Shown here piece by piece: positions 12,690-25,200 of a DNA stretch of 64,000 bases; within the stretch, counting starts at the first letter, position 1; each line of letters begins with the position of its first letter. The position numbers and the translations under genes were made by a program. The stretch spans positions 795,279 to 859,278 of the forward strand of contig NW_003314344.1 of the NCBI RefSeq assembly GCF_000143415.4, written 5' to 3'. The notes under the pieces are model-generated. The model saw only the letters and a program-made list of their open reading frames with translations. It did not search any database and was not told the DNA's origin. The DNA is from Selaginella moellendorffii (Eukaryota; Plantae; Lycopodiophyta).

Positions 12690-13190
12690 TTAGTAATTAT
12701 TTTTATGACTGGATCTGGGTAGTAATATATTAATGTAAACTTATTATTTTATATTCTAAGTAAAAACCATAATTAAGTAATGTCTTGCTAATAAAAATGA
12801 AATATACTTATTCTTAGTAATTATTCTCTTCTGTTTGATAAAATCTTTATATACGCTTATCCCAACTAAAAATATAATTTACATATAACATATTATTAAT
12901 AATAGAAAATTCATTTTTACTTTTTCTAGGTCGGGTATTTTTCCAAATATATTCATATTTCAAAATAATATTTTGTATCTATTATTTTTATTACTGGATA
13001 TTTATTCTTACTTATGCCTAGGAATATATTTTGTTCTAAATATTTATATTATCAAGTTTACAAGAATTGATTTTTGTATTCACCTAATTCTTCTTTCAAA
13101 GTGAAATACACTATTTGCTTTTTGATACTATTCCAATTTAGTTTTTAATATAAAAAAAGTATTTTGTTAACTGGGCAGCATATGCTAAAG
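12690..13190 (+). repeat. Second copy of the AT-rich repeat block
   Basis: Shares tctgggtagtaatatatta, tgatttttgta.tca and ctgggca..atatg with 10420-11160. Confidence 0.55.
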
Positions 13191-13544
13191 CATTATATTT
13201 GTCATTTTCTTTCCTGGAAAAGTAGAATGGCAACAAATCCCCTGTAACCTCCACTCATTCCCTTTGAGAGAGAATGTTTGGAGGCATGCTAAGCCCAGTG
13301 CCTCAACACAACATCTCCTACACCACAACAAGATAGCGGAAAAGTAGCTTGGCTTGTCATCTCTCCCTCTCCACATTAATTCTTTGTTATCAGGCAATAT
13401 AATAAAATGTGGAGTTTCCTCATTCCAATAATCCTTGCCATAGCCATCCAAAAATTCATCAGCACCAGCGAGAGAGTTTTGGATTTGGGGAACAGCCCTT
13501 AGTTGATTGATTGACCTGCAAAATATGATTACACAGAAGGGCTC

Positions 13545-15390
13545 ATTTTTTGGGTTAGAGTATATTCATGCTTATCTTCCAAAATAACATTTTGGAGTTG
13601 TGGCATGGACAGATATGCCCAAGCCGGGCATCAGGGGCTGCGCTTCTTTTGTTCAAGGCTAAGGCCAAGGGAGGTGACCATCATCAAGGCACTCATGGTG
13701 TGTTCCGCCATCTCAGGGTGAGCATGGTGGAAGCTTGCTCAATACCATGGAGGGTACCAGCGCTGCAAGGCACTCTCAACACTTGAAGCTCTTGAGTGAT
13801 CCACCAAAAAGTGGTGGGAGCCCTGGCAGCGTCATGTTGTTCTTAAAGTTTCGAGCATCCATGAGAGCTTACAGTCTCAACAAGCCAGGTGAAGATTCAC
13901 AAAAACAGAAGTTCTTACACTCCTAATTACATACTTTTAATATCATAAACGCTCCTATAAACGTTCCTACTATGTGGGCAATAACACGAAGAAGAGTTGA
14001 TGATCCCAATCCAGTTATGATGTTGGTGATGACAGGAAGAAGACTCGATGATCCCAATCCAGCTATGATGCTGATGATAACATGAAGAAGAGTCGATGAT
14101 CCCAATCTAGTTATAATGCTGGTGATGGTGCTGGTGGTGGTCCTAGTCCCTATGCTATTCTTTGTCCCCTGTGGTGGTGATGGTGGTGGTGGTGGTGGTG
14201 GTGGTGATAGTGGTGGTGGTTGTGGTGAGGATGGTGGCAATGGTGGCAATTGTGTCCCCTCACCCAGCATGCTCTCTTCAACCATGGATGGCTCCTCATC
14301 CATAGAACCCAACGATCGTGGACACATCTCCTCACGCATAGACTCCCGGACCAGCGAGACCAACTCTGCCATAAACTCCCGGACCAACTGCAGTGGCATC
14401 GACAGTAGTGGAGGCGACAGCGGCAGAGGCAGAGGAGGAGGAGGCGGCTGCAGTGGTGGCATCGGTGGCAATTGCTTCAATACCTCTTGGAGTTGTTGTT
14501 CCACCATTGCCAATCGCTGCTCAAGGAGCGCCATTCGGTGGTAAGGCACCATAGATTGATCCACCCAAACCCTTCCTGAAAGCCCTAAAATAATAGTTGA
14601 TGCAATCCTTTTTGGTGGCACCAAAAAGGATACACATACATTTGCTGGTCCATCAAACCGTGAAAAGCGGCAATCTCGAAGGACTGTCAACTGGCTGAGC
14701 ACGTCAAAGGTGGTGGGCTTCCATCCTGCCGGCCCAGGACGGTCCCGGAAGTATACAACTCTGAGGGTGGCGGGGCTTGGATGAGCGTCGCCGAGACGCT
14801 CGAGGGGTGGGCTCGGATGTGACGTGCTCGGCTACCAGTTGGGATCATCGCGGTGGAGATGCAGACGGCCATGCAAGTGATCCCCACTGACCCTGGACAG
14901 CTCGACTCGCAGGTGGCCGCACTTCATCCGGATTCTCGGGTGGCCAAAGAGATTTCTTCAAGGGAGTTTTACAAGCCGGATCCACCATCATTGAGCATGC
15001 CCCGGAATGGCGAGCTTCGAGGCGGCGCCTGGGTCCTTATCTCAGCTACTCCCCCGGCCTTGAGCAGCCCGGCTCTAGCCGTGCTGTTGACGTACATCTC
15101 AACTTTGTCTACCGTTTAGCTCTGATCTCCTCTTCATCTTGCTCGTGTCAGGGATCCTGCTGCCAGGCAAGCACTCAAGGAGCAAATTAAAGCAGCACTA
15201 CTGTAAAGCTCACTCCTGTTGTTATTCCTTTTCCAAGGCACGGAGGAGCTCCGTTCTCTCAGCAACGATCCCACCTCCGTTCTGATCACCTACATAAAAT
15301 TGTTTGGTTCACATTCAAATAAAAGAAAAAATAACTTCACCTCAGTTCTCAAGCCTGAGCAGCGCGTCCGTTATTATACAAGTCCAAGCT
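13545..15390 (-). repeat. Composite repeat body, copy 2 (inverted relative to copy 1)
   Basis: Collinear reverse-complement similarity to ~1230-2936, with an alternative segment at ~14900-15290 that is partly shared with 19180-19470. Confidence 0.85.
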
Positions 15391-16908
15391 TTGTTAGTTG
15401 GGGCCGAGCACAGGTAATGGAGAAGGTAGTCATTTTTGGAGGCGGTTGTTGCTGCAAGATAGGGACTTGAGAGCAGACATGAGCTCCCTGTTCCTCGACT
15501 GGATTGTTCTGCCAATGCAAAGCTCCTGTAGCAAAGCCAACTTAGTACATGTTTCCTTTTAACTGGATACATACCAGTAAGAACTCCAAATGAGGTGTCA
15601 TCTCCAGGTACTGCGCAAGTGCATCTCCAAGGTACGAAAGTGAAACGTTGCAGACAACACCACTGATCGCAACGGCCTCCACGCATTTCTGAATCAGCAG
15701 CAGCTTGTTCAACCGGAGTGCCAGCATCAGTGCTCGTGAATAACGCTTGCTTTCCAGTGCATCATTGATTGCCTACACAAAAGCCACAAAAAGCTTCACA
15801 TCCAGTGTGCTCGTAAACACCAATTGTACCTCCGGTTCGACATCCACTGGGATCAAAAACAAGGTTGTCCATTGAGTAGGCTTTCCGTTGTTGCCGCTGC
15901 TGCCAGTTGGAAATATCCTGACACACTTGGTGCATATAACTGGCCTCGCAGCGCCAACTTGCCTCTAACTTGATCATCGCCACTGGCCTGTCATAGTCAT
16001 CGATCAGAACTATAGGATCTGCTGCAGTCATTCTCTTCGAGTTTAGAAAGTCCAGAACACCATCCAACGAATAGTTGTGAGATATCTGAAGCCTTCGTAG
16101 CAAACCCTGCACAGACGATATCTCGCAAGCATGAAAGTCAAGCGGGCTTGTGCGTGATAAATACCTGGTCCGCGGCATCGTACATGCAAATGTACTCGCT
16201 GGTTCCTCCAGCAAGCAGTAGGCTGCCGTCGGCTGAGTAAGACATGGTCGTAAGCATTTGCCCGAGCTCGAGTTAGCGGCCGTTCTTCTATCGCTCATCA
16301 ATCTCCCTCCTGCAACGTCACGCCTGCCTTCTATCGTGCCCATTAGCACTCCGTCAATCGGGTCCCAGAAGTGGATCTGACCATCAAGTGTTGAGCAGCC
16401 CAGTTGCTTTCCATCCGGGCGGTAAACCACGGTGAGCATGTCATGCGTATGGGTGAAGGTTTCAATCCCGCCCTTACCTTCAAACACATCCACAGGCGCA
16501 CGGTTTTGTCCCATGACAAGGAAGCCAAGAACTCCTGTCAAGACGTGTTAGAAAGTGGAAAGGATTGTCGTGTAGGAGTACGGACGCCTGTAGGAGAAGA
16601 GGCCAAACCATGAACCAGTCCCTCGTGACCACTGAGGACGCGCTGCTCTCATGGACCAAACGTATATCTAGCAAGAGCAGTAAAGCTTGAAATGAATCGA
16701 GAAAAGGAAAGCGAGTAGAAAGTGACAAGATACCTGGAATGCGTGTTCCAGCACAGATGATCTCTCCACTTCGGTCTGCAGCCAATGACACAAACTGGGC
16801 GTGGTGAGGGTTCGATAGCGCATCAGATCCCATGCACATATGGTACCATCGAGAACAGCATTACTTCCGGCCAAGAACAACATGCAGTCACTGCATTTGT
16901 GTGCTCAT
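15390..16908 (-). pseudogene. PWP2: PWP2/UTP1 fragment, copy 2
   Basis: QFVSLAADRSGEIICAGT, SWDKTVRLW, DVFEGKGGIETFTHTHDMLTVVYRPDGKQLGCSTLDGQIHFWDP, PHLEFLL; frameshifted; intron retained. Confidence 0.85.
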
Positions 16909-17974
16909 ATTTTCACACTAAATCTACCAATCTTTAAGATTTTCATCCAATATGTGAAGCAATTAGTCATCCATCCATACTATAGTCCCACAGTGGATAC
17001 TTTCATCCATGGATGCTCCACTAAAAAGAGGATATACACATGAATGTTCAATATGTATGATTTCAAATTTAGGGGTAGGAATATAATTTGCTCAAGGGTA
17101 TATTATATTTTAAGGAACCACTAATCAATGGGAATCAAACTTGTGCCATTTTCTCTAATACCACATGTAATGCATCTTATCTCTCTCCCCTTAAACTAAC
17201 TGAAAAAGGGGAATTGCTTAATAAAAGAGCTCTTTATAGCTATTTTATCTCCATTTATCCTCCAAAGTCCCAAGGATTCACAGTAACAATATATCTAAAT
17301 CTCATCCCATAATCACATGCACTACATCATAGCTTGCACTCCGTTATGTAGAAAAACACTCATTTATTTGTCATAGAACTGCCATGCAAAGCCTGTTGGG
17401 ATTGGCATCTGAGGTGTTAGTTAGAGGCGTTAGACTTCATCAACAAACTGGAGGAATGCTGAGCTGAGCAGCTGGTGTGGCAGCTTTGGCTCATGTTGTT
17501 GCTCATGCTTTGGCTCCTTGCGTCATTCCTGGTCTAGATGCTCTTTATTGTGGTGCTTGCAGTGCTATGGCATGCTGTTATCATTGACTAGCATTTCTGT
17601 GGGTGGGGATGTTGGCCCTTCTTTCTTGGCATGAACTTCTTGGCATTGGTCGAGGCAGTTACAGAGTCAAGATTAATTTTTTGACTTTGTTCTTGACTCT
17701 TCTCCTCCTGTTCTTCCTTGGAGAGGAGCTTGTGGTTGATTTCATCCTGTTCTTTGGAGGTGAGACTATTGTTATCTTGGTCCTTTTTGCCGGTGGAGTC
17801 TTTGTCGGTGGTGAAAGTTCCTTCTCATCCTCTTCTTCTTCCTCCTCTTTGTCTTCTTCATCAGATTTGTGGAGTGGATCCTCTCTCCTCTTCAGCGTGC
17901 ATTCTTGCTTTCTTCTTGCCTGCGGTGTTGTCGAAGGTACTTCCACGCTGAGTGGAAATGCCACGACAATATGT

Positions 17975-18344
17975 TGGCAATAGCATTGACTTGGGATGCA
18001 AGATTTCACTCACGCATCAAACACATTGAGTTGAGGTTCCATTTCATCCGGGATCAAGTCAACAATGGAAAAATCAACCTGGAATTCTGTTTGACCAGCT
18101 CAATGGTCACTGATATCCTGACCTCGAGTGAAGCATGGACTCTTCCTCAAATCACTCTGTTTGACTGACAGTGCAAACCTTGAGGAGGAGTGTGGAGACA
18201 AGTGATGACAAGTCTTCACGTTAGCAAAGAAGACAAATCATTCATCCAACACACCAACCACCAAGTGTCACACCCATACCATTATGTACATAACCATACC
18301 AAAGCAATGAAATTGACAGAGCATTCCGCACACAAAATCACACA
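17975..18344 (+). mobile_element. Copia remnant: RNase H C-terminus + PPT + 154-bp 3' LTR
   Basis: IALTWDARFHSRIKHIELRFHFIRDQVNNGKINLEFCLTSSMVTDILT; PPT GAGGAGGAG (18182-18190) followed by TGTGG...CACA (18191-18344); a different repeat begins immediately after. Confidence 0.75.
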
Positions 18345-18349
18345 TCTAT

Positions 18350-18590
18350 AGTAGCTCCATTTGCTGGCCATCAGATTCTTTCTGATTGGCAAGTGTGTGA
18401 AACTGAGGAGTCAGGTGATTCAAGCAAATACCTTGCGAAGATACGTCTTCCTCCACTTTCCTTGATTGCCATTGAGCACGGGAGAGGGAAGCTTTTGAGC
18501 CCCTAGTGACACAGAATGCCATCCTTGGAGAAACTATAGGCACAGATCCCGCCCTTGGTGCTCTTGGTGAAAAAGATGCCATTGGAAGTG
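18350..18590 (-). repeat. Inverted copy of 21740-21970
   Basis: EDVSSQGICLNHLTPQFHTLANQKESDGQQME versus EDVASQSICLDHLTSRFHTLTNQEESDGQQME. Confidence 0.85.
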
Positions 18591-18599
18591 GTAGAACAG

Positions 18600-19470
18600 T
18601 GATTGCAAGAGCTGTTGAAACAGTCACCGCCACTGCAGTTGCCCCCACAGCAGCAATGGAAGATGTGTCCAATGGTTGAGGAGAGCATGCTGGGTGAGGA
18701 GACACAATTGCCACCAACGCCACGACCACCACGACCGTTGGCACAACTCAATGCTTCAATAGCTCTTGGAATCACTGCTCCACCATAGCCAATTGCGCCA
18801 CTCAATGGTAAATCATATCATCACTCTGAAATGAAGGAAACAAAAGCACGGTGCTTCCCAAAAGCCCTAAAATAATAGTATTTTAGCTCGATTAAATCCT
18901 TTTTGGTGCAAAAGGATACAAAACGTGGAGATACACAACTTTAAACTCCATACCTTTGCTGGATTGACACCTGCATCAAACTGTGGAAAGCGGCAATCTC
19001 GAAGGAGTGTCAACTCGCTGAGCGTGTCAAAGGTGGCGGGCTTCCAAGGACGGTGGTGGCCGGAGTATACAACTCTGAGGATGGCACACTTGGACGAGTG
19101 TTGTCGAGACACTCATGGGGTGGGCTCGGACGTGATGCAGTTGAGATCACGCAGACAGCCATGCAAGTGATCCCCACAGTGGTGGCCGCATTTCATCCGG
19201 CTTCTCAGGTGGCCAAAGAGATTTCTTCAAGGGAGTTTTGCAAGCCGGATCCACCATCATCGAACGCCTCTGCACATATCAGTGCCCCATGCCCCAGAAT
19301 GGCGAGCTTCGAGGCAGCACCTGGGTGGTGGTTCCTCCCTTCGGAACTGCCTCAAGCAGCCCGGCTCTAGCCGTGCTGTCAACGTACATCTCGACTTTGT
19401 CTACCGTTTAGCTCTGATCTCCTCTTCGTCTTGCTCATGTCAGATGGATCCTACCGCCAGGCAAGCACTC
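18600..19470. repeat. Composite repeat body, copy 3 (scrambled, mixed orientation)
   Basis: Pro-rich block in + orientation (18600-18730), then minus-strand pieces matching 14470-15180. Confidence 0.75.
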
Positions 19471-20508
19471 AAAAACAAGGTTGTCCATTGAGTAGGCTTT
19501 CCGTTGTTGCCACTGCTGCCAGTTGGAGATATCCTGACGCACTTGGTGCATATAATCGGCCTCGCAGCATCCTGCGCCAACTTGCCTCTAACTTGATCAT
19601 CGACACCAGCCTGTCATAGTCATCAGTCATTCTCTTCGAGTTTAGAAAGTCCAGAACACCATCCAACGAATAGTTGTGAGATATCTGAAGCCTTCGTAGC
19701 AAAGCCTGCACAGACGATATCTCGCAAGCATGAAAGCCAAGCGAGGTTGCGCGTGATAAATACCTGGTCTGCGGCATCATACATGCAAATGTTCCTCCAG
19801 CAAGAAGTAGGCTGCCGTCGGCTGAGTAAGACATGGTCGTAAAGCATTTTCCCGAGCTTGAGTTAGCAGCCGTTCTTCTATCGCTCATCAATCTCCCTCC
19901 TGCAACGTCACGCCTGCCTTCTATCGTGCCCATTAGCACTCCGTCAATCGAGTCCCAGAAGTGGATCTGACCATCAAGTGTTGAGCAGCCCAGTTGCTTT
20001 CCGTCCGGGCAGTAAACCACGGTGAGCACGTCATGTGTATGGGTGAAGGTTTCAACCCCGCCCTTGCCTTTAAACACATCCACAGGCGCACGGTTTTGTC
20101 CCTTGACGAGGAAGTCAAGAACTCCTGTCAAGACGTGTTAGAAAGTGGAAAGGATTGTCGCATAGGAGTAGGAGAAGAGGCCAAACCATGAACCGGTCCC
20201 TCGTGACCACTCTTTTCATGGACCAAACGTATATCTAGCAAGAGCAGTAAAGCTTGAAATGAATCGAGAAAAGGAAAGCGAGTAGAAAGCAACAAGATAC
20301 CTGGAATGCGTGTTCCAGCACAGATGATCTCTCCACTTTGGTCTGCAGCCAATGACACAAACTGGGTGTGGTGAAGGTTCGATAGCGCATCAGCACGTAC
20401 AGGACCATCGAGAACAGCATTACTTCCGGCCAAGAACAACGCTGCAGTCACTGCATTTATGTGCTCATGCTGACGAAACAGGATTCAGACGCAGCATTCC
20501 ACAACTGC
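19470..20508 (-). pseudogene. PWP2: PWP2/UTP1 fragment, copy 3
   Basis: LWNAASESCFV..HINAVTA, GHEGPVHGLASSP, KCFTTMSYSADGSLLLAGG, QISHNYSLDGVLDFLNSKRMT. Begins at an intron acceptor (ttgcag) and is truncated after MDNLVF. Confidence 0.85.
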
Positions 20509-22215
20509 AATTAAAAACATTTCTAGAAGCTTTAATCTTTTAGAAATATCCTTATTAATAGTATTTTTCTTAATATAATTTTAAAACTTTTATTAAAATT
20601 AGGATTCTTAATAGTATAACAATGTACAAATAAAAGTTAAGAATGTTTATAGAATTTTATCTTAAGATTAAATTTGAGCATAGTCAATTGCTAGCATTCA
20701 TTTCATATTATTTATGAACATTTGAATGTTTATAATCTATATTCTATATGGGAGATGTGGAGAACAGGAATGAATAGGATCTAGCTTATATATTATATAT
20801 CTTTTGATATTACATTCATTGTGTATTTGATATTTAGTGTCCATAAGACATGGCACAAAATTTACCTTTTTTTGATGAGGTTCATGAAGTTTAAAATGTT
20901 AAGCCATGGATATGAAATTTTTGCAATAGATTTGAGAATCTTGCATCATTTATCAAATCCCGGCCAGAGAATTTTTTGAGATGCACATTTTTGTATTTCA
21001 TTTCTATATTCCATGCAATCACACCATCATATTTATATATATTTTTATAAGAATTTTACTTTGGTACCATACAGTATAAACAGGAAAAATATTAAATATA
21101 TCTGTCAATTTTATTGCAAAATCAAGTGGTCATCTCTCTTGTCAATCTATACAGGTGAGTCTTGAACGCCATGGAAGTCCAAAACGTGATACTGTGGGGT
21201 TTGCTCATTGCACCCCACAGTCAGCTAGACAATGTGCTGCTGCTCGTCACAATGCAACACGAAGTTGAACTGAGTGGTCTGGTCATCTCAGCTTGTAATA
21301 TTTACTGGCGATGATCCAAGGTCAAGAGCATTGGACCGCTGGCCTGGATGATGATGCTTACACTAGATGTAATCTGGAAACATGAGCATATATAATATTG
21401 TCAAATGTAATTTTGCTCTTGCTTGGAGTATGCCAAATCAAATGTGGGCTAGCTAGCTTATATCTTATTGGCATAGTTTGTGACTATCTCTCCCTTATAT
21501 ATCTTGATATCGTGTAATTTTGACATAATTATATTTCTCCATTTATAATATATTATGTCTAAGGAAATTTATTGTGGTATTATACAATATAAATTTTAAT
21601 AATGTATACAAATTATTTCTTAGAATGTAAAGCGTGACATTGTTGACTAAAACATCATCTTAATTAGCATATGAATTACTCAAATCATTAGTGGCGGCCG
21701 CAAGGACCTCATGGTGAGGATTTTCACGCTCCAGCCACAACGGCGTCTTCTTCACCGAGAGCACCGAGGGCGGGATCTGCCCTTATAGTTTCTCCAAGGA
21801 TGGCGTGCTGTGTCACTGGGTGTTCCACCCGCTCAAGAGCTTCCATCTCCCGCGCGGTGGCGATCAGGAAGACGTAGCTTCGCAAAGTATTTGCTTGGAT
21901 CACTTGACTTCTCGGTTTCACACACTTACCAATCAGGAAGAATCCGATGGCCAGCAAATGGAGAAGAGAAAGCTACCAGTTCTACGTCCGGATAAAGGGC
22001 AGTGGGAGCTCGTGACGAAGCACTTTGTTCCACCAGCATGGAAGGCTCTCGTCGTGCGACTCAACATCATCATGGTCACTGGATCGCTGAAACTCTCTCA
22101 CAAGCGTGGGAGCGTGATGTTTTCAGAGCTATTGAGTTTATCTCGAATAATTCATATCTTCTCCGCTGCCACTGTGTGGCATTTGACTACACCGTACTCT
22201 CTCTCTCTCTCTCTC

Positions 22216-25200
22216 TTAGCTCGATTCCTCGGACAGCTCCTCCTCTAACTCCACTTCCTCTTCCTCCACTTCCTCCTCTTCTTCGTAATCTCCATGGTGC
22301 TGTCCATGGTGCTGTTGCCGCTGCTGCTGTTCTTGGCGGTGGAGCTCCTCGCCTTCCTCCTCTTCCTCCTCATCATAGCTCTCCTCTTCGCCCATTATCA
22401 TGCTGTTGATTTCCTCCTGTTCTTGACGATCGTAGAAGTGTTGGGGTGCTTGCTGCCCCTCCTCTTCATCCTCCTCCTCCTCCTCCTGTTGCTGGTGGTG
22501 GTGGTGCTGCTGGTGATGGTGTTGCTGATCATCTTCATAAGAGTGCTCGTCCGATCCTTGCCTCTCCCAACCCTGACCTTCCTCGTCGTCCTCGTCCGAG
22601 CTCTCATCCATCTCACCACCCCCACCCGATGCTCCCGCTTGCGCCTGTTGACGGTGCTCGACGTTTCGTCCAGGAAAACGGAACAGCAGACGGCCTCTTC
22701 CCGGCTGCTGCTGCTCCATCTGTTGCTGCTTCTCCACTTCCTGCTGTTGATTGTCTTCTTCCTCGTGCTGTTCTTCCAGGTAGCTCGAACGGTGGTGCTG
22801 CGGAGAACGCATTCGGACATGCCCGTTTTGTACCTCCAGCGGTGAGCCGCTGTCCGGGGAGCTTGTCCCTTGGGGACTTGCCGCAAACTCATTTGCGTTG
22901 GGAGCCGCCTCGTCCGCCTGCGTGCACAGAAGAATGAAACGCTGATATAGATACCAAGGACTTACAGTCCCGCGGTGGAAGCCATGGTCGTTGTTCTGGT
23001 AAGTCTCCTCCAGCTGCTGTCTTTGCTCCGTGCTGAAAGCTATGGCTGCATCAAACGCACTTAGCCGCAACGCCACTGCCGCTGTTGTCTGCGGGATCCA
23101 GGGCAAGTTTTTCCTCCTTGAGTTGCTCCCCAGTGCTGTTGTGCTCAAGGCCTTTTCTGCAGTCTCAAAAGACGAAGAGATCCAGTTCTCGTCCACACAG
23201 CTCTCCAGCTCGGTGAGGGCCTGCCACAACCACCACAAAGTCAGCAACACAAGTAGCACTGCACTCCGGGGCTTACCTCAAGAAGCTCGCTCGACGACGA
23301 TGCAGCCTTGACATTACTACACCAGATCCTCCGGGAGTCACTCGTCCATGAATCCTTGAACGCTTCCGCTGGAACAGCCACCTAAGGGTGATACAAGCAT
23401 TAGAAACGCGCAAAGAACTAGAAAGCTTCCACATACCTCCACAGACAACAATAGTTGTTTGAGCAGCTGTAGCCGCGATGGAAGAAGTTGATATCCAATT
23501 CCCTGCTTTGCCTCGAGCTTGCTTTCGCACTCGCGAACGTGACTAGAGAACTTGGAGCTGTCAACCATGGCGTGACAATACGGGCAGTGGTTTTCATCCG
23601 GCCAGTACAAGCCATGGCACAGCTCGCAGGTGGCCAACATCTCCACGTCTCGTTTGTTTCCCAGGCTGAGCGCCTTGAGGTTCTTCCCTCCTCTCGCCAA
23701 GCACCGGTTCCAGAGCCATCTGTCCAGGTCCTTGAAGCGATCCATGGCGTGCTGGATCTCAAGTGTGGACCTTCCAAGTTCAACTGGAATGGCGCTTGGC
23801 ACCTCTGGAGAGGCGTCCGACGGTCCGAAAACTCCACTAGACGGACTTCCCTCCGCCTTGCCTTTGGATGACTCCACGTACGCTCTCGACTGAGCAAGAC
23901 TCTTCATAGCTTTCCTGACGGGGCCCCCTATGTGAGTTAAGATGTTATAGAGGCTCGCCTCTCTTGCTCCGCGTGTGTCTAGGCATGCCATGAGCGCATC
24001 TAAAGCCTGCATTCAATCACGAAACGTGAGCGAAGCGAAGATGAGAGACAGGCTTTCTTCGTACCTCTTCCGTGTCTATAACTTCCCAGTGTCCATCTTC
24101 GTTACACTCGAAATAGATTCTCGCACGACCAGGATCCTCACCACCGTTTGACGCTGCAAACTGCCAGTACCTGTTGTGTCTCCGATCTAAACCAAGAGGC
24201 ATGGACCTGATCACGTAGAGCTTCTCGGCTCTCAACCTGATCTCGGCTTTTATCTGAACCCGTGACTTGTCCGCATGCGCTGCTGCCGAGGTCGAGGCCC
24301 CGTTGTCGCACTCCGCAGCGGAACCAGCGGGCCTCTCATCGTCCGGCACTTCGGACTTGGCAGCCGACTTGCTTGCCTCCTCCTTGATACGACGCTTGTC
24401 CACCTGAACTTCCTCCCACAGTTGTCTCTTAAGAGCCGAGGCCGATTCATATCGTTCCTAGAAACGTTGAAAAGGTTGACACACTAGAAAAAGAGAAGAA
24501 ACTAAATGTAGGTACCTCAAGCACTGATCTGATGGTGTTGCCTTCGTTCAACACATCCACGAGAGCCACCAAAGCATTCAGCCGCTCCTCAATGCTCAAG
24601 TCCGCAAACTCTCCTTCCATGAGCCCCTGCACCCACGGCTCTCCCACTTGGCTCTCGTCAATTTCCATCTCGTCGTCATTGTCAACTTTCCTGAGAGCAT
24701 CAGGCGGGGGCCGCAAGTGCCTCACCGCATCGTCCTTAGAATCTGCTAGTGCTGCTACTGCTGCTGGTGTTTCCGTCTCAAAGCTCTCCGCTGTTCCAGC
24801 TGCTGCTGTTGCTGTTGCCTCACCCGCACTATCTTGAGGCTTCCCCGTTTTTAACCGCAGAATAACTTTACCCCTCCGTGGAGTCTCGTAGCTCTCGGAG
24901 GCATGCCCGCTCTCGTCGTGCTCGCGAGCATCCTCGTGCTGTTGATGCTGCTCGGCCCGCTCCACTTCCGGGTCCATATGCTCGCTTTCATGCTCCGCTT
25001 CTTCAACCTCGTGCTCTTCGCCTTCGGACTCTTCCTCGGCATCCTCCACGTCCTCGTCTGCCTTCTCCGGGTCCAGCTGCCGAGTCTGATACAAATACGT
25101 CCTCTCCAGTGCAGCTTGCAGCACATCTTCCGCATCGTCCGGGTCCCTTCGAAACGGCGAACGGACGCAGTAAGTTGACGGCGCAACACGCTCAAACAGA

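Noticed and set aside
11183-13451. Short ORFs at 11183-11422, 11576-11776 and 13185-13451
   Set aside because: No recognisable domain; probably decayed fragments within the repeat region.
17603-18009. Acidic/basic low-complexity ORF and its hydrophobic antisense ORF
   Set aside because: No identifiable family; interrupted by stops and abutting the copia remnant.
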